Assembly: GCA_012295275.1 (NCBI GenBank) | Contig: CM022677.1 | Coordinates: 26,226,001-26,290,000, forward strand | Direction: 5' to 3' | DNA length: 64,000 nucleotides | DNA from: Chrysomallon squamiferum | Lineage: Eukaryota; Animalia; Mollusca | Shown: piece by piece, positions 43,301 through 58,525 of the stretch | Layout of the letters: each line of letters starts with the position of its first letter | Numbering within the stretch: the stretch's first letter is position 1 | Made by a program: the position numbers and the translations under genes | Notes under the pieces: model-generated | Told to the model about the DNA's origin: nothing | The model's database searches: none | What the model saw: only the letters and a program-made list of their open reading frames with translations

Positions 43301-45447
43301 AATTCTTATCCTAATCTGACTAGCTTGGTGTGTACATTTTCACACTGATCCTGTTTCTCATTCTGAAAAATATGGAGTTAAATTACTTGTCATTTTGGTT
43401 GCAGAGCAAGAAATAGCCTACTGCTTCAATCAGTTTTAAATAATGATATCTTAGGATGGAGACTCCAAGATGAATAATTTAATTATATAAAATATCATTT
43501 TAAAGCTTTGTCTCCTTTGATTCATTTTGCTGGGGTTTTCAGTTTTGATTAATCTTGGTACAGATTTTTTATTTTACTTTGTATTAATTTTACTTCTTTG
43601 ATGTCATAGTACTCATTAATAGACACATATTTTATAATAATAATAATAATAATCATCATCATGAGCATCATCATCATCCAGCAGAAATGGATATATAATG
43701 CCAGTTAATGTTATCTTTTTCAATTTTTAACAGCTGATGATAATTATTACTGATGGTGAATCTACCAACCCACAACAAACAATTCAGGAAGCAGCATTGG
43801 CTAAACAGATGGATATAACTATATATGCTGTAGGAGTTGGACAAGCCACCCAGACTGAACTGAGAGCAATTGCATCGTCTCCAGCTCATGTATCGACAGC
43901 AGCAGACTATACTGTACTGGCAGCACAATTGAAAGAACTCACTAAGCTTTGTGCAGGCAAATCAACTTCTACATAAAATAAAATTATTACAGAGCTAGAA
44001 TTCAAGCACAATTAAAAATAATTTAATTCTAATTTTTTATTTATTTATTTATTGATTTATTGATTTATTCTTTTAATTTCATGCTTACAGTTGATGGTGC
44101 CTGGTCTGCATGGTCACTTCAGAGACTGGGTAGTTGTAGTGTAACATGTGGTAGTGGCACTAGAATACGATTTGAGATAAGAACATGCACAAATCCTGCA
44201 CCTAAGAATGGAGGCAAAGACTGCGGAACAGATGACAGGAGGAATCTTCAAGAAGCATGTGAAACAAATGTCTTATGTCCAGGTAACAAGCAATAATTAA
44301 ATGAAATATAATTTTTCTTTTAAACAAATTATAGACAGACATGTGGGCATGTTGTTTCTAATGTATTCTAAGATGACAATAAATAACAAGCTCTTGATTC
44401 TGAGTAAAATAATCTGAGGAATAAAATTATTTCTCTACCCCAAAAAGTGAAAATGACTGAAATAATTAAATGGCTAAAAAAAGTGTCTGATTAAGTTCTT
44501 AATGATTTGCTGAAACTTTAAGGCTAATGAATTACATTAGGTTTATTGATAATCACAATAGTAAAGCATTAAGTAACACATTTCTAAAGTTATGATATAT
44601 ATTTTATATTCCATTTATATAAAACTATTTTTTTTTACAAAACCTTAACTTTTATTTACATAATTTTGTTTTAATGTTACATTAATATTTGCTATAATTG
44701 TTATTTGATTAAGATATTAATATATCTTGGGATTTATAATTCCTTTTATAGTCTGAACATATATTTAATTAAGAGAATAAAAGGTTTGGGCTGTTCACAT
44801 ATAACTATTGATATGTTTGAATGTTCCTCATATTTGAGAAAAAAATTATTTATTTTTTGTTTTATAGCCTGAGGTTCATGGTCAGCATTCAGTGCTGTTG
44901 CTTGCTTGTTTTTTATTTTTATTTATATATTTATTTATTTATTTATTTATTTGTTTATTTATTTATTTATTTTATTACTCAACAATTAATATAACTAATA
45001 TATTTTTCTTTCTTGTTTCTTTCAATCTCTAACATCTGCCAGGAGTCAATGCAGGTAAGAATAAAAGATGTACACACACAAACACACACACACGTTTCAT
45101 AGGCACACACAAGCACAAACATACGTACACATACACACAGAGATACATACACATACATATATATATAGATAGATATTTCGATAGATATTTAGATAGATAG
45201 ATAGATAGATATGCATATTATTGTCAGTAACATATATTTCTGTAATAATGCATAATAATGGATTAATTATAAATAATAAAATGATTTTTGTTTTTATTTT
45301 TCAGTATGTCAAAATGTAGTGCACGTTGAAATTGGTTTCACAGTCTATGTTTATCCAGATATTTGTCTGTTTTTATTAATTATTAAATATAAAATGGTTT
45401 TTTTCTTCAATCTTTCAGTATTTCAAAATGTAATTAACATATAACTG

Positions 45448-45503
<56 letters not shown>

Positions 45504-45837
45504 TAGATGTTGTTTTAAAAACAATCTCTCTGTATGTCAAAATGATAAGCACAGCTGCCATTCTGTACAAGAAAGGTATTTAAACAAATAGGTTAAAGAA
45601 TTATAGGTTTGAATACAAATATTCTAAATTAACCCTTGATTAATTACTTTTGAAGTTCTTGTTTTAAAACACTATTTTTTTATTTAATTATTTACATCTT
45701 TATTACATTCAGTTATTTATATTTATTAATTATCTACCAACTTAATCATGACCAATTTAGGTAACATAACACAAATAAATAAATAAATAAATAAATTATA
45801 TTTTTCAAACAAAATTATATTTTTTTTAAAAGAAGTA

Positions 45838-45869
<32 letters not shown>

Positions 45870-48800
45870 TCACAGATATAAAATATGTGAAAAATCAAAA
45901 TAATACAAAATTATATTAAATTTAATCAAAAATTTAAACATTCAGAAATAATACTTTTTTAGGCTCTGCTCCTTCCAAAATGAAGCCTATCTAAAAAATA
46001 TTAAAAATAATAAATGGCACTTTTTTATTTTTTTGTGGCAGAAACCTAAACATAAGAAATCAGATATAAATTAATTATATACTTACTCACATATTATTAA
46101 GACAAAAGACTTTAAAAATAGAAACACTCTTTAAATTAATTAGATTAACAAAAAGTCTCTTCATGAAGTCTGCAGTTTCTGTGAGATTACGTTTTTAAGA
46201 CAACAGTATTTACTTTTTTACTAACTAAAAATAATGTGTCTTGTGGTAAACTTAAATATTATTCATTTAGTTGATGGACAGTGGTCAGCTTGGACAAGAC
46301 AGTCTGTTGGCACATGCCAGTCAAACTGTCGTAGAACTGTGACATTATATAGAACATGCACAAACCCTGCACCAGCAAATGGTGGTTCACAGTGTGTTGG
46401 AATTAATACTAACACAATCACAGAAGTCTGCACAGGAGGTTTATGTAACAATAACAGAGGTGATTATTTAATTTATCATGGCAAATGACACACACTTAAA
46501 CTAGTTGTATTACTCTGTTTCTATAACAAGAAATTAATCATTAATTATAAATTAATTAATATCAACTAAAAGTTTTTTTTAACACAAACGTCTTAAAAAT
46601 GGAAACACTCTCTAAACTAAATATATTAACAAAAAGTATTTTCTTGAACTCTGCAATGTGTGTGAGATTGCATTCTTAAGACAATTTTTATTTCTTTTTG
46701 CCCTGGCTACAAGAAATACAAATTGAATGTAATTTGGTAAAATTATAGAATTATGTTTTTTGTATCAATCCATGACATTGCTATTTTACTAATAAATATA
46801 AAAACAATTATGAATGGTCTTGTTTAAGTTCAGTATTATTACTTTAGTGGATGGACAGTGGGCAGCTTGGACAAGACAAATTGTTGGCTATTGCCAGTCA
46901 GATTGTAAACGGTCTGTGATATTAATTAGATCATGCACAAATCCTGCACCATCAAATGGTGGGTCTCCATGTGCTGGAAGCTCTATTACCACTATCTCAG
47001 AAACTTGTTCTGGAGGTTCATGTATTGGCAGAGGTAATTGCTGTAGCGGAGAGAAGAAGCTTTCACATGCGCTTTGATGTATCTTACTAGTTTATGCTGA
47101 CCCAGAATTAGTTGCTGAAAGATTATAAATTCTACATCTGAAGAACAATAACAGCTTTTCGAAATTAAATAAAAATTATTATTTTAATTAATTTTAACAA
47201 ATAATAAAATCTGCAAATCTAAAAGTTTCATCATTAACATTTTGTTCTATTTTACATTTTTTGTTAATTTTACTAAAAGTAGTTAGAAATAGCTATAATA
47301 TTAGAAAACTACTCATTTGAACTTTCTATAAATTATTTTTGCTGAACATTATTATACTAAACAAAATGCATTCAAGATAAGTTGTTGTTTTTTTTTGTTT
47401 GTTTGAGCTGTCATCTTTTGTCATCAAAGTCTGATAGATAATAAGTTAAAATTTGTTTTATGTTTAGTTCATGTAAATGACATGTTTTACCAATTCAAAT
47501 CTGTAGTTGTGACATCATCATGTACTTGACTGAATGATAGTTGTCTTTTTTGACATTAGAAACGTTATTCATCAATTCTGAATGCTGTCATGTCACAATT
47601 ACAGAAAAAAATGGCTCACATTTTTTGACATCATTCTTTTGTTCTTTATGCTTATTATTAATTATGGCAAAGAAAAGAGAAAAATATAATGTGTACAATT
47701 CAAGAAAGATTAGTATTATTATTGTTTTGTATTGTATTTTGTGTAACATTTTTGTTGTTGTTGTTGGGTTTTTTATAGTAAATTGAGAAATTCTGCTAGG
47801 ATTGCAATTTCCCTCATTATCTTTGCTGTATAAACTGACAAGTTGCAAATTTATCTCATCTTATTATACATGAGGTATATTACTGCATAAAATTTTGTTG
47901 ACTGTATATATCAAATAGGTTTTTTTTTTTTTTCTAAATAAAATAAATTCTTCCTGTAATGTAAAAAACAAACATTTCATACTTACTATTTAAAACATGA
48001 TTAATTACCATTTGTTAACAATTTATTCAGAAGAACTAATGAATTAATTTTAGGGCAGGTTATGCTGATTTTGTAAACCCTTCACTATTTTAAAAGAAAT
48101 GAGCTAATATTTGCTGAACAAAACTTTATTTACAGTGTATAAATCTATTTTTGTAAAACAATTATATCTTATAAATCTATTTAATAAAAATGGTTTGATA
48201 ATTTAAACAATAATTTCATTCATAAATTTTGATGAAGAAATTTATATATGTATAAAAAAAAAGGTGCAAAATTATATGGGTTACTATAATGGGTTTTGGG
48301 CATTTTTTATTCTTATTTAATAACTTATCATGTATGTTTAAAATCAAATTTTATTTCTTGAAACTCCAAGTAGAGGTACCATAAGCGATGACTTAAATAA
48401 TTAAATTTAACACTTTGCTTTTCAATTGGTCAAAATGGTTTTAATTGCTTTTTGTGATGCTCTTTAATAACTTGTTGATGATTTGAACATTCTGTTCGAA
48501 AAGCTTTAGTAAACCTATTTCTAACTGTATTAATTGAAAAAGAAGACAAAAAGATATAAATAAAATAATCTATGATTACTTGTAAATATTATTATTCATA
48601 TTTTATTTACAATAAATGTTTAGGAAAGTAAATTCAGTTAAATGTACTTCTGAATATCTGCAAAAGTGTAGTATATTTATTATTGGTTTTATTAAACAGT
48701 TACTTTTTGTAATAAAATAGTGCCAATCACTGAATTGTACCAAGGCTTCAGATGCTGGAGAGAAAAATTATTTATTTATTTGTTTATTTATTTATTGTTA

Positions 48801-51800
48801 TTATTTGTCTGTTGTTTTTAGTGGATGGAGGATGGTCAGCTTGGACAAGACAAAATGTACAGACCTGTCAGTCAAACTGTCGCAGATCTGTGACATTAGT
48901 AAGAACTTGTACAAACCCAGCACCTGCTAATGGTGGAAGTCAGTGTACTGGAGATACCCAGACTACAACCACAGAAAGCTGCTCTGGTGGGCTCTGTGGT
49001 AGAGGTGAGAGTTTACATTCAGTTAAAAGTTCTACCAAAATCACACACCTGATTGAGTTTAAAAAACAGTAAAAACAAAAGCCATTATTGTAATTGGACA
49101 CACACATTTATAAAATCTGCACAGAATATTGACAGCCATTGATGGATTCAAAAGAATGGTAAGGCAATCATCATTCTAAGCTTCACTGATGACACAGATC
49201 CTGGTGATACTTTGAGGTCCGGAACAGAAATCAGAACAAGGAAAAGCTGAGTCCCTGTTCTGTGCTTCTGCTGATTAAAGACCTTGTGTCTGGGGCAAAG
49301 TTGAGTTAAGGACCAATCAACCTGACTTTGAAGTGTACAGAATGTTTTGTGTACCCATCATTGCTGAGAAAAACACAGTGGAGGAGATGTGACAGCTGCT
49401 ACATGCAGGGAACTACTGGAAATATCAAACATTTCAGCTCTTTTATTATGTAACAGAGAATAAAATCAAAAAATCAAAATAAAGTGTAGTACAACTTTAT
49501 GGCAAAGTTGATATACATCTTGAGAAATAGGAAACTAGAATGAGTTAGCTAAGAGCTCTGGTAATTGTGGATATGCTATTAAGTGAAAAGGTGAGATGAG
49601 CTGTATATACAGCATATTTATAGCTTCATTACTCTTAGTACATTAAAAAAATAAAAAAGTAAAAGAAATGAAACTGAGATGACAACTAATGTAAGAAAGG
49701 TAGCTAAGTAAGCAACAAATACTACTACAGACAATTGCCCCCCTAGAAAAATAAGAAAAGAAAAATAGGAGAATCTTTATGGTGGTTTGGTGATGTAATG
49801 TGATATTTGGGGAACATTTCTAACACAGTCAAGCTAAAAGAGAAGAGAGAAGAGCAATGTGGTCGACTGACCTCAAAGAGTGGACTGGTCTCATCTTCAC
49901 CCATGTTATTAAAACACCTGATGAATAAGAAGCGTGGAAAGAATTGCATAATCAAAATCTATTATTCTATCACCCACATTGCACACAAGCTATGGGACAG
50001 ATCAGTAGATCAACAGACAGAAAGAAAGACAAGTGAGAGAGCAATAGACAGTTGACACATGGACACATGAACAGATAGACAGATCACTGCAGACATAAAA
50101 AAATTGTTTAATGAAACTGAACTTAAGTTTTTCTTATTTAATTATACAGTTTGAAGTAATGAATATTGTTATTAAATAAACAACAACAATAACATCAACA
50201 ATAAAATAATAATAAAATAGATGATATATAACTGGTAAAGATTTTCCCGTTTTTGTACATAATGTAATTTCTAATTTGTTTAGTGGATGGAGGATGGTCA
50301 GCTTGGACAAGACAAAATGAACAGACCTGTCAGTCAAACTGTCGCAGAACTGTGACATTAATAAGAACTTGTACAAACCCAGCACCTGCTAATGGTGGAA
50401 GTCAGTGTACTGGAGACAGCCAAACTACAATCACTGAAGGTTGCTCTGGTGGACTGTGTGGTAGAGGTGAGAGTTTACTTTCATTTGACTGACAACGATT
50501 AGAAAGACCCACATCAAATACTTAATGTTGCCTTGAAGAAACACAAGTGTATTTTTTAAAACCATCATTAAACATTCAAAAAATATTTCTTTAAGAAAGT
50601 GATTTTTACTCTTCTCTTTTAGATATCAAGTAATTGAAGATACAACAATAGAATTTAAGGTGGATTTTTGTTAGCATAAACAAATGAAATAAAATGAAAA
50701 ATAAAAGTAAATAATACATATAAAAGATTTGCATTTTCACAAATTAGATAAAATATTTTGTAATTTATTTAGTGGATGGAGGATGGTCAGCTTGGACAAG
50801 ACAAAGTGTACAGACCTGTCAGTCAAACTGTCGCAGAACTGTGACATTAGTAAGAACTTGTACAAACCCAGCACCTGCTAATGGTGGAAGTCAGTGTAGT
50901 GGAGACAGCCAAACTATAATCACTGAAGGTTGCTCTGGTGGACTGTGTGGTAGAGGTGAGTGTTTACTTTCATTTGACTGACAATGATTAGAAAGACCCA
51001 CATCAAATACTTAATGTTGCCTTGAAGAAACACAAGTGTATTTTTAAAAACCTTTGTTACAGATTCAAAAAATATTTCGTTAAGAAAGTGATTTTTACTC
51101 TTCTCTTTTAACTATCAAGTAATTGAAGATACAACAATAGAATTTAAGGTGGATAAACAAATGAAATAAAAAAAAAAAAAAATTAATTAATATATATATA
51201 AAAGATTTGCATTTTCACAAATTAGATAAAATATTTTGTAATTTGTTTAGTGGATGGAGGATGGTCAGCTTGGACAAGACAAAGTGTACAGACCTGTCAG
51301 TCAAACTGTCGCAGAACTGTGACATTAGTAAGAACTTGTACAAACCCAGCACCTGCTAATGGTGGAAGTCAGTGTACTGGAGATACCCAGACTACAACCA
51401 CAGAAAGCTGTTCTGGCGGGCTGTGTGTAGGTGAGAGTTTATTTTCAATGAAAAGTAAATGCAAGATAATACAAGAGGCCACTGCTAGACAAATATTAAC
51501 AGAGAATAACTAAACTTACAAAGTAACCTTCAAACAGTGTGATTCAAACCTGTATTTGTTTATTTTGGGCCTTTGCTGCTTGTTTCATTTTGTTTTCATT
51601 TTCTTTTTCAAGCTTGTTGTTAAATTAATCATGATTATACAGTAACCGTTTAAAATAACAAATAATTTAGATATTTAAAAATTAAAATTAAACAAAGAAG
51701 TGCAAATTAAATAAAGAATAACTGAAAAAGACGGTTTATCAAACAATGTTACTTATTGCAGTTTGTGTACCATTTTATCAGTCGTTAAAATTAAAATAAT

Positions 51801-53802
51801 TAAATTTAGTATTGATAATTACAGAGTTCAGAATTCAAAAATGTAATGAATGCACTGTTAATAAATGTTATAAATGGATCAAGTATATTTTAATTATTTT
51901 TTTATGTACCAAAAAATTGTCTGCATGAATAATTTTATTACTTTATGTTTGTGTTGCCAACATAATCCCTGATTTTATATGCCAAGTCACTTAAGACAGC
52001 TGCTTTCTATGATGTTGATTATCATAACTGTTATTAATCATAATTACTGTTGTTTTTATTACTTGAAAATTTTCAATTCTGTTTTATTAACTATTCATTT
52101 CACGGAAAACATAAGTATTTTTAAAACAAACTGAACTTTCATATAATTTACTTTACATTCTTTTATTTCTTTATTGGCAACTAAATTTAAAAGAAAACGA
52201 AACAAAAAATTCATAATTTTTGTAGTGAATGGAGGATGGTCAGCTTGGACAAGACAAAATGTACAAACCTGTCAGTCAAACTGTCGCAGAACTGTGACAT
52301 TAGTAAGAACTTGTTCAAACCCAGCACCTTCTAATGGTGGAAGTCAGTGTAGTGGAGACAGCCAAACTACAATCACAGAAAGCTGTTCTGGTGGACTGTG
52401 TGGTAGAGGTGAGAATTTATTTTCTGTGGAAATGTAAGTCAAATTGTGGACTAAAAAATAATAGAAATAATTGCAAGAGCTCATTGAGTTTTAAATGTAA
52501 TCTTTATAGTGTTATTAAAACAACCAGCCATTTCTTTCAATTAGAATGTTTTGTTTTGTTTGTTTAGTGGATGGAGGATGGTCAGCTTGGACAAGACAAA
52601 GTGTACAGACCTGTCAGACAAACTGTCGCAGATCTGTGACATTAGTAAGAACTTGTACAAACCCAGCACCTTCTAATGGTGGAAGTCAGTGTAGTGGAGA
52701 CAGCCAAACTACAATCACTGAAGACTGTGCTGATGGACTGTGTGGTGGAGGTAAGTGTCTGCTGGTATCATTATCACAGTTTAAAAAAAAAAAATTTTGC
52801 CTTTTGTAATATAAGTGTTAATAATGACATATATTTATGAATCTTATACAGTTTAGACAAATACATTCAGGTACTTCTAATAATATTTAGACAAATAATT
52901 TTGTTTGTAGCAGAAACCATTAAAAAAGCAGAAGCTATTTTAGGTTCAAATTTCAGTTGCGTTTAATAATTTTTAAATTTAAGAATTTTGGATACCTCAT
53001 GCATAATCTGTCTTATAGTGTGCTGTATATAACAACATTAATTCATGGATAATTCTGTATACCTCATCCATAACCTGTGTAATAATGTGTTCTGTATAAT
53101 TTTAATTCATGTAAATACTTTTTTATCAGGACAAGCTATATGGTCAGCTTGGGTAAGGACTACAATAGGCAGATGTTCAAAACAGTGCTCAAGGGAAGTG
53201 ACACGAACTAGAACGTGTCCTAGTGGTCAGAACTGCAATGGACCTAGCACAGACAACATTTTTGAAGCATGCACAGGAGACGATTGTCCTTCTAAACGTA
53301 AGAAATTATTATTAACAAGAGATACACTTTCGATTTTTTTTTGGACTGGCCAATTAGGACACGCAAGCAACACTTTGAATGGCCTAGTACAATTTTGTTA
53401 ATTTTGTTTTTAACTTAAAAACTTGTTACCATTTCATGTAAACTATAATAATATCACTTTTCTAGTTTTAATAAAAACTGTTGTAATTAAATTATTATTA
53501 TTATTATTGTCAAAGAATCCACCCAATCAAACACTCTGCATTAATAACAATTCTGATAGTATTTTTTTCAGCATCTTGTCAGACATTTTGAGTAAATGAT
53601 CTAAAGTCAGCGCCTGATTCCAGACATACAAAAATTCCAGATATATAAAACTTGGAGGTTACCTTTAAAAAATATTAACTTCATCTGTAATGAATTTCAT
53701 GATATAATTATTTTGATTTTGAAAACACTATTGTGTTGGTTCTGAAGATGATGCATAAATTGACAGCTGCCAATGTATTGTTTTTGTGTCCTTTGAAGAT
53801 TG

Positions 53803-53850
<48 letters not shown>

Positions 53851-56800
53851 TTTTTTATTATTTTTTTCAGCCTGTCCTTATGACATCATTTTCGTCATTG
53901 ATGAATCTGAGCTGATGCGTTCTTCGGGATTCACAGTAAATGGAAAAATTGGGTTCAAAAGAATCAATGATCAAATCATAGCATATCTGCAAGAAATGTC
54001 CAAGGCAAAGGTATTAGCCAAAGTAGGATACATTGGGATTGGATTAGACTTTTTGAATCGTAAAGCAGCTCGTGAGATTATTGCTCCCACTACTGACATT
54101 GAAAAAGTTATAGAAGATATAAAGAAAATCACACGTCAAGACATATCTTTGGTTTGGACTCAAGTAATGAAAAGTCTCCCCAGTCTAATTCCAAAAGGTA
54201 ATATTATGTTGCTGTAGGAGAACCTGTTCTGAATTATTTTTTTAAATAGAGAGTCACACATTTAACATCACAAACTGATGTTTTATAATCAAAAGTATTA
54301 TCAGGGCCTGTAAATGTACTTGGTTATTTTAATACTGTTTATGAAGGTTAAATTACAAAATGGAAATACATTTTCATCTCAGGAGGATATTTAGGAATAA
54401 ATATTGAATCTAACAGTAATGGAATATTAAATTAAATCTCTTAGGAGAAAACCAAAGACAGTGCTAAGTGGAAAGACATCTGTGTAATATTTCTATGAAA
54501 GTAAACAGATCTCATTAACTCAGAGCTTGAAAATGAAATTAGTGGTAGATTTTATTTATTTTTAAATTAAGTACTATTCACAAATGATTGTAGAATGTAG
54601 AACACTCTGATGAATTCTTCTTAAGTTCTAAAATAATTTTTTGTTGTTTAATGATTTTGTAGGTTCAAATGTTGTTATAATGGCTGCCACGGAAGTTTCT
54701 TCAAGCAACAGGCAGGCTGTAAGCACCACAATTAATGGCATTGATGCTGAGTTTTATGCCATTGGTCTTCCATTCAAGGTAGTTCTGTCTAATGCAGGAC
54801 TGCTACCACTGACACATAATAAAAACGAAAATGTGAAAATTTTGACAACATTTGATGATACATCAATTATAAATCAGCTCAAACTGTTTTTGCCAACTAA
54901 GTGTCCCAAAGGTTAGTTTGATATATTATTATTATTTTCTTATATTCTTATTATTAATCTCTGGGAAGGAAAAATTGTTATTCTTCTTGTTTACTTTCAG
55001 CTTTCTTGCTTGACTAGTATATTTTGTACACACAAACATACATACACACAACTATACATACGTATGCACATGTTTACATTCATATGAAAGTACATAAATA
55101 TGTAAATTAAATGGTAATTTAATATAATGTTCTTTTTATTTCATTTTTGAGCATTTAAGTATTAATTTGTTTTATTTTTATTTTTCCAACTATTTTTCAG
55201 CTGTTTCTGCAAGTAAGATAATTTTACTTTTTTTAATTACTCTTTAAATTTATACATATAAATCGTTTAAAAATGAATAGAGTTTTAGACAGTTCTTATT
55301 TCTTATTTAAGCTTTTTTATTCATTCATATAAATATTAAAAGATAAAATCCTTTGATAAATAAGTAATTAAATACTTTCTTCTTTTTAATTATTTAGTCT
55401 TTTTTTTTTTGACTGTATTTACATTTAGCAATGACTGCATCTTTTTGAATGTCAGTTTATAACAGTATTATATCACTATTGTTGTTATTACTATTACATA
55501 ACTTCCAACCAGTAATCCTGGTATTGTTCATTTATTGACAGTTTGTAGCAATGTCATGGATGTTGTTGTTGTTGTTGATGGCTCATTCAGCATTGGAGAA
55601 AGTACCTTTAACAACGAACTTAAAAACACCTTGATTGGCCTCACTGATAACCTGTTTGGTTTGGGCAGAGACTTGAAGATTGGATTAGTTCTCTACAGTC
55701 ATCAAGTAGATGCTGTTATTGATATGAACAGTAATAAAGCAGAAATTAAATCAAACATTGCAAATTTCAAGTATCCTAATGGTGCAACATGGACACACAT
55801 TGGAATAAAAGCTGCCAGAGAGAATTTCATCAAACTAGGTAGAAAAAATTCTACAAAGGTATGTATTCATTGTGTTTCAGATGTATTTCTTAACCTTAAC
55901 CTCTTAACCTTACAGCTTCATTCCATTATTTTCCATTATGAAAAAAGAATTCTTATCCTAATCTGACTAGCTTGGTGTGTACATTTTCACACTGATCCTG
56001 TTTCTCATTCTGAAAAATATGGAGTTAAATTACTTGTCATTTTGGTTGCAGAGCAAGAAATAGCCTACTGCTTCAATCAGTTTTAAATAATGATATCTTA
56101 GGATAGAGACTCAAAGAGGAATAAGTTAATTATATAAAATATCATTTTAAAGCTTTGTCTCCTTTGATTCATTTTGCTGGGGTTTTTTCAGTTTTGATTA
56201 ATCTTGGTACAGATTTTTTATATTACTTTGTATTAATTTTACTTTTTTAATGTCACAGTACTCATTAATAGACAAATATTTAATAATAATAATAATAATA
56301 ATCATCATCATGAGCATCATCATCATCCAGCAGAAATGGATATATAATGCCAGACACACAGTTAATGTTATCTTTTTCAATTTTTAACAGCTGATGATAA
56401 TTATTACTGATGGTGAATCTACCAACCCACAACTAACAATTCAGGAAGCAGCATTGGCTAAACAGATGGATATAACTATATATGCTGTAGGAGTTGGACA
56501 AGCCACCCAGACTGAACTGAGAGCAATTGCATCGTCACCAGCTCATGTATCGACAGCAGCAGACTATACTGTACTGGCAGCACAATTGAAAGAACTTACT
56601 AAGCTTTGTGCAGGCAAATCAACTTCTACATAAAATAAAATTATTACAGAGCTAGAATTCAAGCACAATTAAAAATAATTTAATTCTAATTTTTTATTTA
56701 TTTATTTATTGATTTATTGATTTATTCTTTTAATTTCACGCTTACAGTTGATGGTGCCTGGTCTGCATGGTCACTTCAGAGACTGGGTAGCTGTAGTGTA

Positions 56801-58090
56801 ACATGTGGTAGTGGCACTAGAATACGATTTGAGATAAGAACATGCACAAATCCTGCACCTAAGAATGGAGGCAAAGAATGCGGAACAGATGACAGGAGGA
56901 ATCTTCAAGAAGCATGTGAAACAAATGTCTTATGTCCAGGTAACAAGCAATAATTAAATGAAATATAATTTTTCTTTTAAACAAATTATAGACAGACATG
57001 TGGGCATGTTGTTTCTAATGTATTCTAAGATGACAATAAATAACAAGCTCTTGATTCTGAGTAAAATAATCTGAGGAATAAAATTATTTCTCTACCCCAA
57101 AAAGTGAAAATGACTGAAATAATTAAATGGCTAAAAAAAAGTGTCTGATTAAGTTCTTAATGATTTGCTGAAACTTTAAGGCTAATGAATTACATTAGGT
57201 TTGTTGATAATCACAATAGTAAAGCATTAAGTAACACATTTCTAAAGTTATGATATATATTTTATATTCCATTTATATAAAACTATTTTTTTTTACAAAA
57301 CCTTAACTTTTATTTACATAATTTTGTTTTAATGTTACATTAATATTTGCTATAATTGTTATTTGATTAAGATATTAATATATCTTGGGATTTATAATTC
57401 CTTTTATAGTCTGAACATATATTTAATTAAGACAATAAAAGGTTTGGGCTGTTCACATATAACTATTGATATGTTTGTATGTTCCTCATATTTGAGTAAA
57501 AATTATTTATATTTTGTTTTATAGCCTGAGGTTCATGGTCAGCATTCAGTGCTGTTGCTTGCTTGTTTTTTATTTTTATTTATATATTTATTTATTTATT
57601 TATTTATTTGTTTATTTATTTATTTATTTTATTACTCAACAATCAATATAACTAATATATTTTTCTTTCTTGTTTCTTTCAATCTCTAACATCTGCCAGG
57701 AGTCAATGCAGGTAAGAATAAAAGATGTACACACACACACACATACAAACACACACACACGTTTCATAGGCACACACAAGAACAAACATACATACACATA
57801 CATATATACATATATACATAGATATTTAGATAGATATTTAGATAGATAGATAGATATGCATATTATTGTGAGTAACATATATTTCTTAAATAATGCATAA
57901 TAATGGATTAATTATAAATAATAAAATGATTTCATTTTTATTTTTCAGTATGTCAAAATGTAGTGCACATTGAAATTGGTTTCTCAGTATATGTTTATCC
58001 AGATATTAGTCTGTTTTTATTAATTATTAAATATAATTTTTTTCTTTCTTCAATCTTTCAGTATTTCAAAATGTAATTGACATATAACTG

Positions 58091-58130
<40 letters not shown>

Positions 58131-58478
58131 AATTTAGATGTTGTTTTAAAAACAATCTCTCTGTATGTCAAAATGATAAGCACAGCTGCGATTCTGTACA
58201 AGAAAGGTATTTAAACAAATAGGTTAAAGAATTATAGGTTTGAATACAAATATTCTAAATTAACCCTTGATTAATTACTTTTGAAGTTCTTGTTTTAAAA
58301 CACTATTTTTTTATTTAATTATTTACATCTTTATTACATTCAGTTATTTATATTTATTAATTATCTACCAACTTAATCATGACCAATTTAGGTAACATAA
58401 CATAAATAAATAAATAAATAAATATATAAATATATTTTTCAAACAAAATTATATTCAATATTATTTTAAAAAGAAGTA

Positions 58479-58525
<47 letters not shown>

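Noticed and set aside
44868-44900. TGA as selenocysteine or recoded Trp
   Set aside because: Homology ends after ~33 nt, and TGG is used for Trp everywhere else.
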